Assembly (NCBI GenBank): GCA_964016885.1
Contig: OZ024743.1
Coordinates: 7,378,001 to 7,442,000, forward strand
DNA: 64,000 nt
Source of the DNA: Eledone cirrhosa
Lineage: Eukaryota
Direction: 5' to 3'
How positions within the stretch are numbered: position 1 is the stretch's first letter; every line of letters starts with the position of its first letter. A program made the position numbers and the translations under genes. The notes under the pieces were generated by a model, which was not told the DNA's origin, did not search any database, and saw only the letters and a program-made list of their open reading frames with translations. Below are positions 14,037 to 28,363 of the stretch, piece after piece.

Positions 14037-16053
14037 ATATCCAGTGCTTTTATCGAGAATGACACAGCTAGAGACTTATAGAATACTTAGCTGTGTTCAG
14101 GAACTGGTTTGAAAGAGCGGTTGCCGGTCCGGCAGAAATTAGAAATTGGAATAAATGCTCTGAAATAGCGATATATATGTGAATATAGACATAGAATATT
14201 CGAAAATATTCTGTATGTTTATAATAAACATTTTGAAGACCTAATCGCTATAGAATAGAATACGTCACGTATTACAATTAGATTCTCGATAAAAGCAAGG
14301 GAAGTAATCTACGCGTTTCATTCTTATTAGAAATCTTCAGGACTACATATCCAGTGCTTTTATCGAGAATGACACAGCTAGAGACTTATAGAATACTTAG
14401 CTGTGTTCAGGAACTGGTTTGAAAGAGCGGTTGCCGGTCCGGCAGAAATTAGAAATTGGAATAAATGCTCTGAAATAGCGATATATATGTGAATATAGAC
14501 ATAGAATATTCGAAAATATTCTGTATGTTTATAATAAACATTTTGAAGACCTAATCGCTATAGAATAGAATACGTCACGTATTACAATTAGATTCTCGAT
14601 AAAAGCAAGGGAAGTAATCTACGCGTTTCATTCTTATTAGAAATCTTCAGGACTACATATCCAGTGCTTTTATCGAGAATGACACAGCTAGAGACTTATA
14701 GAATACTTAGCTGTGTTCAGGAACTGGTTTGAAAGAGCGGTTGCCGGTCCGGCAGAAATTAGAAATTGGAATAAATGCTCTGAAATAGCGATATATATGT
14801 GAATATAGACATAGAATATTCGAAAATATTCTGTATGTTTATAATAAACATTTTGAAGACCTAATCGCTATAGAATAGAATACGTCACGTATTACAATTA
14901 GATTCTCGATAAAAGCAAGGGAAGTAATCTACGCGTTTCATTCTTATTAGAAATCTTCAGGACTACATATCCAGTGCTTTTATCGAGAATGACACAGCTA
15001 GAGACTTATAGAATACTTAGCTGTGTTCAGGAACTGGTTTGAAAGAGCGGTTGCCGGTCCGGCAGAAATTAGAAATTGGAATAAATGCTCTGAAATAGCG
15101 ATATATATGTGAATATAGACATAGAATATTCGAAAATATTCTGTATGTTTATAATAAACATTTTGAAGACCTAATCGCTATAGAATAGAATACGTCACGT
15201 ATTACAATTAGATTCTCGATAAAAGCAAGGGAAGTAATCTACGCGTTTCATTCTTATTAGAAATCTTCAGGACTACATATCCAGTGCTTTTATCGAGAAT
15301 GACACAGCTAGAGACTTATAGAATACTTAGCTGTGTTCAGGAACTGGTTTGAAAGAGCGGTTGCCGGTCCGGCAGAAATTAGAAATTGGAATAAATGCTC
15401 TGAAATAGCGATATATATGTGAATATAGACATAGAATATTCGAAAATATTCTGTATGTTTGAAACGCGTAGATTACTTCCCTTGCTTTTATCGAGAATCT
15501 AATTGTAATACGTGACGTATTCTATTCTATAGCGATTAGGTCTTCAAAATGTTTATTATAAACATACAGAATATTTTCGAATATTCTATGTCTATATTCA
15601 CATATATATCGCTATTTCAGAGCATTTATTCCAATTTCTAATTTCTGCCGGACCGGCAACCGCTCTTTCAAACCAGTTCCTGAACACAGCTAAGTATTCT
15701 ATAAGTCTCTAACTGTGTCATTCTCGATAAAAGCACTGGATATGTAGTCTTGAAGATTTCTAATAAGAATGAAACGCGTAGATTACTTCCCTTGCTTTTA
15801 TCGAGAATCTAATTGTAATACGTGACGTATTCTATTCTATAGCGATTAGGTCTTCAAAATGTTTATTATAAACATACAGAATATTTTCGAATATTCTATG
15901 TCTATATTCACATATATATCGCTATTTCAGAGCATTTATTCCAATTTCTAATTTCTGCCGGACCGGCAACCGCTCTTTCAAACCAGTTCCTGAACACAGC
16001 TAAGTATTCTATAAGTCTCTAGCTGTGTCATTCTCGATAAAAGCACTGGATAT

Positions 16054-16096
16054 GTAGTCCTGAAGATTTCTAATAAGAATGAAACGCGTAGATTAC
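16054..16096 (+). ncRNA. Type I hammerhead ribozyme in the inverted arm of the 310 bp array
   Basis: Same motif, intact. The neighbouring copy at ~15744-15786 has C3->U (TTGAAGA). Confidence 0.85.
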
Positions 16097-16249
16097 TTCC
16101 CTTGCTTTTATCGAGAATCTAATTGTAATACGTGACGTATTCTATTCTATAGCGATTAGGTCTTCAAAATGTTTATTATAAACATACAGAATATTTTCGA
16201 ATATTCTATGTCTATATTCACATATATATCGCTATTTCAGAGCATTTAT

Positions 16250-16298
<49 letters not shown>

Positions 16299-16384
16299 TA
16301 AGTCCAAAGAATCATTAGATAAAATATATACAGTATTTCCTTTCCCAATGATTTTGTCTAATTTATATGTATATATCCTTTAAA

Positions 16385-16451
<67 letters not shown>

Positions 16452-16461
16452 ATGTATGACC

Positions 16462-16560
16462 CCGACATACATTTTCCTATTACCCACTCTACTACCCTAA
16501 TTATTGAGTACTCTGGTGCGTTATGGTCCATCTGGTTCCTTAACACAACTCATTCGTTAT
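16462..16560 (-). repeat. Dispersed structured repeat, copy lacking the hairpin
   Basis: Reverse complement GGACCATAACGCACCAGAGTACTC...AGGGTAGTAGAGTGGGTAATAGGAAAA matches 34386-34470. Confidence 0.7.
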
Positions 16561-16699
16561 ATACTATATATACTATATATACTATATATACTATATATAC
16601 TAAATCAACAATAAATCTAATATCTTCACTATCCAGGAAGCTTCAACCGTTAAGGTTGCATTTTTTGTCAATATTTATTTATAAAACTAATCTGTATTA

Positions 16700-16765
16700 T
16701 ATTTTATCTGATGAAAGCGCACCATAATCTGCCTTGGTGGCCCTTGAAATATGTATAATAAAATA
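16700..16765 (+). ncRNA. Type I hammerhead ribozyme in the 5' pseudo-LTR (partly degraded copy at 20464-20528)
   Basis: TATTTTAT-CTGATGA-AAGCGCACC...GGTGGCCCTT-GAAA-TATGTA-TA-ATAAAATA. Confidence 0.75.
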
Positions 16766-16949
16766 AATATGGTTTTATAAATATAGTTTCCATTTGTAAA
16801 TATATTGTATATTTACTCCAATAATTTGTTGAGTGCTTTATATCAGTTATAAAAATATTTTGCTTGTTGTATCCCAACAAATTAAATATAACCTCTACAT
16901 ATATTTTGCTCCTTTACTGTTGAGCGCTTTAAATTATAACTGAATAAAA

Positions 16950-19107
16950 ATGGAATTCTTTAAGATCTCTTCTTTTCTAAAGGACATACCTTTACCTAGG
17001 AATAAAGACTTTATAAAACAACTAATAGAAAAATCGGACTCATTTATAAGAAGACTCAGGTGGCGAGCTTTTCATTTCGATAAATCTGACGCGAAAGAGA
17101 ATATTTCCAATCTCGATAGAATCTTCAAATCCCAAAAGGATCCACTTTCCAACAAACTACTAATGGATTTTGAAAATGAGATCATCTCTATCATACAAAG
17201 CATTAAATTAAAAAAAAAACAACTTAATATAGAAAGCTTTAAAATTCTAGTCAAGTCAGATAAAACCAACAATCTTTATGGAATGCAAAAGGATATTTAT
17301 AACGATCTTATATTGAAGGAATTAAGGAAGAAATACAAAAAAACAACCAGTGATGATCTTGAAAAACTAAATACGGAAGCTTCTTACATAACGCAGGAAT
17401 TAGGCATCGAAAATAGGACACAACCCTTCATGCCTAGGAAACCAAAGATTAATATGAAGGACCATAAAAGAAATTTTGAAATTGAATTACCAGTTAGATT
17501 GATTGCACCATCTAAATCAGACTTTGGCATACTTATTTTAGACAGAATCATACCACAAATTAAGGAATTATCTTATTTAAAATTATGGAAAGGGACTAAT
17601 GAAGTTATCGACTGGTTTAAGGACATTAAATATAACTATAATAATAAATTTATTCAATTGGATATTGCTAATTATTACTCATCCATCACTCCTAATCTAC
17701 TTAATAAAGCCCTCATATATGCATTTAAACATACAGACTTAACTAGTAATGAAATGCACATTATCTTAACTACATGGAAAACATTAATTAAATTTAACAA
17801 CCACCTCTGGACTAGAGCAGACAGAGATAGTAATTTCGATATTACTATGGGGTCATCCGATTCCGCACAAATAACGGATCTTGTGGGGCTTTTTATTAAT
17901 AATACTCTACATAGGAAAATACCGGAGATGACCGGTGGTTTATATCGCGACGATATGCTACTACTTATAGAAAATAATAATAACTGTGAAATAAATAGGA
18001 AAAGAAAAGAAATTATACAATTTTTTAATTGCCTTAATCTTAAAGTAGAAGTAGAGAATAATTATAAAATAGTTAACTTTCTAGATGTAACTTTAAACCT
18101 TAACACAGGTCTTTATTATCCATTTCACAAAATAAATGAGAACTTAAACTACGTTAATTTTAATTCCAATCACCCCAGATCCGTTAAAAACACTATAGTA
18201 AATTCTGTGCAGCAACGTATTTCTAGAATTTCAGCTAATAAGAATATTTTTGTAGATAAAGCGCAATATTATAACGAAGCGTTAGGTCGAGCTGGATATA
18301 GTAATACAATTAAATACATTGATAATGTGCCAACTAACCATAACTTTAAAAACTATAATAGAAAACTTTACAATAACTCGAAAAACAAAAAAAGAAATAG
18401 AACTAGGAATATATTATGGTTCGCTCCCCCTTTCTCATTAAGTATTAAAACTCCTATTGCTAAATTATTCTTTAAAGCTCTAGATAAATGCTTTCCTAGA
18501 ACACATAGGTATTACTCAATATTGAATAGACATACTATAAAATTATCGTATTCCACCACTAGTAATTTAGCGTAGAATATTAATAGAATTAATAATAGAA
18601 ACTTAAAACCTAACCAGAATACCATTAATAACCCTAGCAATATCCAATATAATAGTACGGCTCCTAGTAACTTAAATTTAGATAAATGTAACTAGAAATA
18701 AATCTAACTGTCCTCTAAATAATAATTGTTTAGTTAAAAATATAGTATACAATTGTAATGTAAAAACTAATATAAATTCCTTTAATTATGTAGGCTCTAT
18801 CTCCACAGATTTTAAGTCCCGTTTTAATAACCATAAATGCTCTTTTACGAATTTTAGTAAAAAATCTTCAACTTCTCTATCTAATTTACTATGGGACCTA
18901 AAATCAAAGAACATTAACTATTCTTTACTTTGGAATATTATCTCCAAAGCTCCTTCATTCAATGCTTCATCTGAAAATTGTGCTCTTTGTATAGAGGAAA
19001 TATTCTTTATATTAAAAAGTAAGAATTCTGTTAATTTAAGGAATAAATTATTCAGTTCTTGTAAACATCGGTTGAATTCAACGTTTAAATATATATCTAA
19101 AATGTAA
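16950..19107 (+). pseudogene. PLE reverse transcriptase-GIY-YIG endonuclease ORF, disrupted
   Basis: 541 aa ORF with RT motifs FIQLDIANYYSSI, FDITMGSSDSAQ, GLYRDD, NFLDV and SNHP. After a TAG at 18573-18575 and a frameshift near 18693 it continues CPLNNNCLVKNIVY...YVGS..TDFKSRFNNH...CALCIEE...CKH to TAA at 19107. Confidence 0.9.
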
Positions 19108-20619
19108 TACATAACTCTTTTACATAATACCCTCTATTATTATTACACCTATCGATAAATTATTAGATTCCTTTTATTTGACTGCTTGTAACTCTCTTAA
19201 AGAAAATAAAATTTTTTCTTGATAAACGTACTGAAGGATTTAAGGAAATTTTTTTGAAAATTCCTCTAAAATTATAATTCATATATTATATTGTGTATTT
19301 TATATTTCTATATTCTTATATTTTTCAAATGCTTAATATATATATATCCAAATGTTTATATATGTATGATAAACATAGTAATTTTTTATATATATGTGGT
19401 ATAACCTAAAATTTATACTTTAAATATATTTTATAAATATACTCTTATGAAAGAGTTTTTTTGTGCTTTATGCTTTAAATATATTCCTATGAAAATTTTA
19501 AATATTATAATTTCTATATGTTATGACGTTATGGCAAGTAAATTTATGTTTTAACTGTTATAACTTTATAACAGGTAAATTTATGAATTTATAAATTTAT
19601 GACTTAGTATAAAATAACATAAGATTCATATTCTAATTACATTCTTAAGATAGAAAATTTAATTTTTAACTTCTTAACCTTATAGTATTTAATCCTTAGA
19701 GTCATCTGAGTTATTAATAAATCACTAATAATTTCCCTTACGCTGTACTGCTATTATAATATAAATAAGGGGTTATTCTTCTGTGAACTCTCGGAATTTC
19801 CATGGGTTTAGAATTATTTGGATACTTTTAACCTACAATTTTTTTTAATAATTAATAATTAATGATAATATATATTTTATTATAATAATAATATATATGT
19901 TTTTATAATAATAATATATTTTTTAATAATATATAATAGATTTTTTAATAATCTAACATACACATTTAAACTAATAATTAAACTATTAAATATTAATTAA
20001 ATTATTAATTAAACATTTAATCAAATTTATTAATTAAACCTTAGATAAAGTTTTTCAACCTATCATTATAATAAATCCTGCTATTATTCATCCACGCTAT
20101 ATTCGTTTCTTCCTTTCTTCTCTCCTCTCACGTAAACAAACTTACGCTATTATTGTCCTTATAACTAATATTCTCTCTCACTTAAATATAGTCACGTTTA
20201 CTCTCTCCCACTGGCAAAAAATATATATAGACAATTCCTTTTCTCTTTCTTTTTTTCTCTTTCTTTTTTCCCTCTTCCAACGGTTTAATTTAAATATACT
20301 GTTATTTAAACCTTTCCGACACTAATTTCCATACTAAATCAACAATAAATATAATATCTCCACTATCCAGGAAGCTCCAACCGTTAAGGTTGCATTTTTT
20401 CAGGGTATGTCAATATTTATTTATATATATGTCAATATTTATTTATAAAACTAATCTGTATTATATTTTATCTGATGAAATCGCACCATAATCTGCCTTG
20501 GTGGCAGAAATATGTATAATAAAATAAATATGGTTTTATAAATATAGTTTCCATTTGTTAATATATTGTATATTTACTCCAATATTTTGCTTGTTGTATC
20601 CCAACAAATTAAATATAAC

Positions 20620-21986
<1,367 letters not shown>

Positions 21987-22399
21987 ATACACACAGATAT
22001 ATGTATAAAGAAATCATTTTGTATATTTTGTGATATTCGAAATTGCGTGTTAACGTCGAAGTTATACTTTTGAAATGAGGCACTTTATGAATGACAGCAT
22101 TCCAGTCAAGAATTTAAAGCTATTTCTCATTGTTTTTTTCATGAAAAATATCGTTTCATTTTTCTTATTTCGTTCCCACATTTTTGATGAGATTCAGAGT
22201 AAAGAATTGGAATGTTACTATTTTGATAATGTGAGCTTTATGACAAGTCCTCTAATAGAATGTATGTATCAATTAATGTATATTGTCTATATATTAAACC
22301 ACCCCAAAATCCTATAAGATTCAAACTCAAAGGAGACTAAGCCTACATAGGTTTGAGCCGTATCATCAACAGCAAAAAAAGTATTACCTATAAGTATGG

Positions 22400-22596
22400 G
22401 TATTTTGTATATCTAGCGATATACGATATGTTTACGAATAAATATTTTGAAAGGCTTCAGCTGTGAATATGGAAACTGATGCTTCTGCTGGAATCCGTTA
22501 GATAGTGCTACGTCATCAGTTTCCAAATTCATTGCTGAAGGCTTTCAAAATGTTTATTTGTAAATATACCGTATATCGCTAGATATACAAGATACG
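22400..22596. repeat. Diverged inverted repeat (~80 bp arms)
   Basis: 22400-22481 pairs with 22514-22596 with mismatches. A CTGATG half-site lies at the inner ends. Confidence 0.75.
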
Positions 22597-24049
22597 TATA
22601 CTTATATATATACTTATATGTAACACCTTAATTCTATGAACCTATGTATTAATGAATGTTTAGCAGAGTAATCTCTTTCATAAATGGTGCATAGGCATTA
22701 TGTTGAGGAGTTCGCATAATGATTATAACGTGTAAATTATTATACCGACCAAGAGTAATGTGTAAATGAATGATGTTGATAACGAGAGTTGGGGAGTCGA
22801 TAATTGCACCCAAGAACAAATTACACAGGAATCGTGTGTATGAATATCTGGTGCCACGTGAGTGAAGTTTTACTCTGAACACAAACCCATGAACCTTGCA
22901 ATAGTCACATAACAAGCTGATTGGATTTGCTTCACAGAACAATTTGTGCTTGAAGCCACGAAACAGATATAACGAAAGAGTCGTCTGGAAATCTGTAGTC
23001 TCAAGACTCGCTTTTGCATCACTTGAAACTTTCCTAATATCAATGAAGCTGCCGCTGATCATACTTTTACCTGATTACAACTGACCATACAGTAATATTT
23101 TGAAAATGTTGTTGTCATTGATGTAGATAATTTGATCATCCCAGTGAATTTGTTTCATTAGTTATGATTTCAAGTCTGATATTTTGCACCTGAAAAGGAA
23201 ACAGCCAACATCGAAATATGCAGAACTCCGATGTATTTCTGTTAGGTTTATATCTAATTGTCATGCAGAAATAAAGAGAAAAAATAAACAGGACTTGTAC
23301 ACTGGAAATAACAACCAAATTTAACTTAAACCACACCCTAATATAAAAAAAAACAAAGTAAAAACAAAAATAAAGAGACATTCGACAATATATTTCTATT
23401 ATGTTTGGAAGGACACGAGTGGAAGATCTTTGATCATAGGCCTGCTAGATCAATGCTAACCTAGAGCTAAATGTTAACAATTGACATATGTTAACAACAG
23501 TTTCTATGTAACCGTTCCCTCTGCTAGAAATAGCAACAAAATCCCCCTCAAATTGCACCAAATTGTTTAAAAAATGGATAATGTTAAACTAGATATACTA
23601 TGTCTGAAAATAAAAGATCGTCACGACTGGAATGATACTTTGATTATAGGTTTGTGTGATCAGGGTTGACGTAGGGTAAATCAAAAATAACAGTAACAAT
23701 AACAACAATCGGTCTCGGAGGGCTTACGAAGGCCATGAACAGCCCTTTCCACTAGATCAATCTAATAAGTAAAAGAAATAAAAATAACAGCAACAAAAAG
23801 CTTACATGCTTGTTAATCACATTTTTCACATCAACTACAGATGTTCCGGGGGCGATGGGAAAGTCTTGAAAATGCTTTAGTTACTATGTAATGGTTGATG
23901 ACATCGTTTTAAATGACGGAACTTGCTAAAAGATGTCAATTATGTTCAGCCAATTATATACAAAGTCAATCAGAGTATTCCAGAGGGATTTGGGAACCGA
24001 TTGATATCATTAACTGACAAAAACTACTGTTGTTGTTGTTGTTGTTGAA

Positions 24050-24357
24050 CCTCCGTCGATTCCGACGACGCATGGTCTAGTTGCTTGATCATCAGAACAG
24101 CTTGCTCATGAAGTTAAACATGAAGTCTAAACATTCAACAGATACGTGTACCCTTAACATAGTTATTTGGGAGATTCGGAGAGAGATACAGTATGACAGA
24201 ATAGGCTTTGAATTACAGGTACAACTCATTTTCCTAGCTGAATGGACTGGAACAACGTAAAATAAAGTGTCTTGTTTAATGACACAACGCGTCAACTGGA
24301 ATCGAACTCACAACCTTACAATTGTGAGTCATGCCATAACCACTAAACTACGCCCCT
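24050..24357 (-). mobile_element. Diverged tRNA-derived SINE (family B)
   Basis: Minus-strand head GTAGTTTAGTGGTT..GAGTTCGATTCC, the AAGACACTTTATTTTACG core and TTAAGGGTACACGT, with a (CAA)n tail. Confidence 0.7.
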
Positions 24358-25693
24358 TCACCAAAAGGATTGCTAGAGTGACACACGTATGCGCACACAC
24401 ACAGATACACACATACACTCGTATATCAATTACTGTGGATTGTTGCACAGTTTGCTAGTTTAAAATACTAAAAAAAGAATAGTACAACATTTGTGAATAT
24501 AGAAACGAAACAGACAAAAAAAAGAAACAAAAACATTTATTGTGTATATGTATTAGGAAATATTTCTTTACATTTTAAACTTTTGAGATGAATTATTATT
24601 AAAGTGGTAGACATCACATATTCTCCACCCGAAGATAATGAAACGCTGTGGGATACAATAAGGGTGTATGATTTTAATAGTATTTCAACGAAATACATAT
24701 ATGTAAGATATGGCACCCGAAGATGATCAGAGAAAATACTGATCGAAGTATATTATAAATAAAATATAGTTATGTGTGGGCTAACTTATTTAATGTAGTG
24801 AGCCCTAAAGAAATTTTAATCAATTGAAATCACACCAGTAATGAGAAGAAAAGCAATTAGTGTTAATAGCAATTCTTGTCAAGAAAGGCTAACGGGAGAA
24901 CTTAGAAATTTTAATTGATTAAAATTGAATGGAGACATGCCGTGGGGAGTGACTATGATTTATGGTAAGTATGATGATAAATCCGGACAAGGAAAGTATA
25001 GTCTAAGACCTGCTTGCCAGATGTTAGGACGATTGAAACGATATAGTTTTGTGCGAAAATAATTCACTGATCAGGCAATTTAGAATAATGACATTAGAAA
25101 ATATTCCCGAGTTGTTTTATGCATGAAAAACATATAGTTAAGTGCGAGCTAACACATTTAATGTAGTGCGTCGAAACTATTTTCGAATTAATTGAAATTA
25201 CACCCGTTAATGATAATTCTATAGAAAAGAGCATGTCCAATGAAGTACTCAACATATTTCTTTGTATCACTAAATATATTATAATATTTTTGACATAGAA
25301 AAGAAGTTGTGTATTAGTTGAATGTTTTTACAATTGGAAGCTGGAGAAACTTATGTAAAGAAAGATCAGGATTTTAAATATATTCAGGATGGTAACTTCC
25401 CGTTTATTTTCGAGCCGCGTTCGACAATTTGCTTCAATGTAACTGAAAGAAGCCAGGCATATAGGGCTCAACAAAACATGTTAAAAAACAGGCACTTTAG
25501 TGCGGATAAAAACAAAAACAAACCCCGAACTTGTATTCTTTGAACATCAGAGACTTAGAATCTGCGAAAATGTTTTTTAATAATTAAAAAAACAAACTTT
25601 TTTGTCAATCCATTGGTGATAAAGGTTAGGGTATTTACTCTAGTATTTTGTTTTCATATATAAATATTGTTATATCGTTCTTTCATATATTAT

Positions 25694-25860
25694 AGGCGCA
25701 GGCTTGTTGCGTGGTTAAAGAGTTCACTTCACAACAGCACAATTTCGGGTACAGTCCCACTACGTGGAGCCTTGGCCGAATATGTTCTACTATAGCTTCG
25801 GATTGACCAATGCCTCGTGATTGAAATTTTGTAGATGAAAACTGTGTAGGGTCCCCTCGT
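25694..25860 (+). mobile_element. Diverged tRNA-derived SINE followed by (CA)n (25863-26065)
   Basis: GGCGCAGG..GCGTGGTTAAAGAGTTCACTTC head and a long CA tail. Confidence 0.6.
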
Positions 25861-26067
<207 letters not shown>

Positions 26068-26419
26068 TATACACTCACACACATGTATGTATATATATGT
26101 GTGTATCTGTGTTTATGTTTATATCCTGTAACTTAGCAGTTCGACAAAAAGAGATCGATGAAATAAGTACTCAGCTTGAACAAAAAAAAAAGTACTGGGG
26201 TTGATATGATCAACTGAATCTTTTCAAAGCAGTGTTCATCAGGGCACGCAGCCTATTGACTAAAACCAATATAAATATTGTTTAGATTTGAAGTGTATAA
26301 ATATATTTTGAAAGCATTAGAAGCTTCACTTTCGGAAAATTTCAAATGCTGTTGTTTCAGTTTCGATTTATTGAAGATGAAAATGTAATTACAAATGTAA
26401 ATACAATATACTATAAGCG

Positions 26420-26456
<37 letters not shown>

Positions 26457-26457
26457 G

Positions 26458-26513
<56 letters not shown>

Positions 26514-26515
26514 GT

Positions 26516-26611
<96 letters not shown>

Positions 26612-26613
<2 letters not shown>

Positions 26614-26842
26614 TAGAAAGTGAGGTTTTTTTTACAAAATGAAAAATAACCGAGGTGTCCTACACGAGTGAAATTATAAAGAAAAAGAGATGAAATCGAA
26701 AATGCAACTGGAGTCTTATTTTTTTTAAAAATAAGACTTTTGAAAAGCAGAAGAACTGCGAAACCGGTAAAGGAACCAAATAAATATATATATTTAAAAA
26801 AAAAATAAGACTCCAGTTGCATTTTCGATTTCATCTCTTTTT

Positions 26843-26848
<6 letters not shown>
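26612..26848. mobile_element. Short inverted element with a U3-A8 variant hammerhead (same family as 32583-32950)
   Basis: Arms 26675-26725 and 26796-26848 are inverted. CTT-TTGAAAA-GCAG(AAGAA)CTGC-GAAA-CCGG-TA-AAG at 26737-26772. Confidence 0.7.
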
Positions 26849-26885
<37 letters not shown>

Positions 26886-27130
26886 TGCTACTGTACGTCT
26901 GTATACATATATGTGTGTACGTATACATACAGACTTACATTTAAGTAAGTGCCATACTAAGAGTGAGAAATGAAATTTCGTTTTCATTATTTTTTTCAAC
27001 TTATATATATATATAAGTTGAAAAAAAAATGAAAACGAAATTTCATTTCTCACTCTTAGTATGGCACTTACTTAAATGTAAGTCTGTATGTATACGTACA
27101 CACATATATGTATACAGACGTACAGTAGCA

Positions 27131-27176
<46 letters not shown>

Positions 27177-27325
27177 CAGGTACACATACATATATGCACG
27201 CATCAGTTTAGCGGACGCTTATTATAACGCCGCTTTGTTCGTTTGTAAACAAACTGAACAGACTGAATTTATGCCATACGGTGTTAAGGCAACCACGTCA
27301 CCTTTTTGTTCAACACTGACACAGG

Positions 27326-27370
27326 AACGATGTACTAGTTTCAAGCTTGTTAGCTATCATCAGCACCGTT
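27326..27370 (-). ncRNA. Type I hammerhead ribozyme
   Basis: AACGGTG-CTGATGA-TAGCT(AACA)AGCTT-GAAA-CTAG-TA-CATCGTT. Stem I extends through CTGGCA/TGTCAG and GTTCAAC/GTTGAAC. Confidence 0.85.
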
Positions 27371-27786
27371 TACCCATCTGCCAGATAGTTGAACGTTCGA
27401 AAGTATATACTTTCCTTATGAAAATTAACGGCTGAGCAGCCTAATTTGCATATTGAGTGAGTTAAATCGGTCAGGCATACCGAAAACGATAAGATGAAAA
27501 AAAAAAAATGAAAACGAAATTTCATTTCTCACTCTTAGTATGGCACTTACTTAAATGTAAGTATGTATGTATACGTACACACATATATGTATACAGACGT
27601 ACAGTAGCATGCATATATATATATATATATATACATACAGGTACACATACATATATGCACGCATCAGTTTAGCGGACGCTTACTATAACGCCGCTTTGTT
27701 CGTTTGTAAACAAACTGAACAGCCTGAATTTATGCCATACGGTGTTAAGGCAACCACGTCACCTTTTTGTTCAACACTGACACAGG

Positions 27787-27831
27787 AACGATGTACTAGT
27801 TTCAAGCTTGTAAGCTATCATCAGCACCGTT
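27787..27831 (-). ncRNA. Type I hammerhead ribozyme (second copy)
   Basis: Same motif 461 bp away; within the motif only a loop II base differs (TACA). Confidence 0.85.
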
Positions 27832-28034
27832 TACCCATCTGCCAGATAGTTGAACGTTCGAAAGTATATACTTTCCTTATGAAAATTAACGGCTGAGCAG
27901 CCTAATTTGCATATTGAGTGAGTTAAATCGGTTAGGCATACCGAAAACGATAAGTTGAAAAAAAAAATGAAAACGAAATTTCATTTCTCACTCTTAGTAT
28001 GGCACTTACTTAAATGTAAGTATGTTTGTATACG

Positions 28035-28114
<80 letters not shown>

Positions 28115-28363
28115 ATGTATTAAATATATATATATATATATATATATGTAGGAGGTGAGTTTTATTGTAGTACAATAAAGCAATGCAGATAAGAAGCACT
28201 CTACAGTTTGTAGGACTGGAGTATACATAATATATAAGAACAAAAGATGGTTAAAAGAGTTCCATGTATTTTATTATGCGCATTTCAAAAACAAATATCA
28301 TCATGCAATAATATTTGTGTTTTTATCAGATAAAATAGGAAGACATGGTTTGGTACTTCTGAA

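Larger units (their letters stand above)
13861..16254. mobile_element. 310 bp hammerhead-containing tandem array with internal inversion (non-LTR retrozyme-like)
   Basis: Five near-identical 310 bp units plus a partial unit (13861-15460), then ~2.6 inverted units (15461-16254). One hammerhead per unit, no ORF, flanked by (TA)n. Confidence 0.88.
26881..28037 (-). mobile_element. ~461-476 bp hammerhead-containing tandem repeat (second retrozyme-like family) with an inverted terminal piece
   Basis: Units start at ~27015, ~27491 and ~27952 (partial). 26881-27002 is the reverse complement of 27015-27135 across a short (TA)n. Confidence 0.83.

Noticed and set aside
18573-18575. Programmed readthrough or selenocysteine in the PLE ORF
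   Set aside because: The stop is TAG, not TGA, it is followed by a frameshift, and the sister element is open at this position. Simple decay is more likely.
25322-25543. 73 aa ORF
   Set aside because: Short, with no recognisable motif or splice support.
27088-27896. Duplicated 109-115 aa ORFs
   Set aside because: They are antisense to the hammerhead units, partly microsatellite-derived, and have no recognisable domain.
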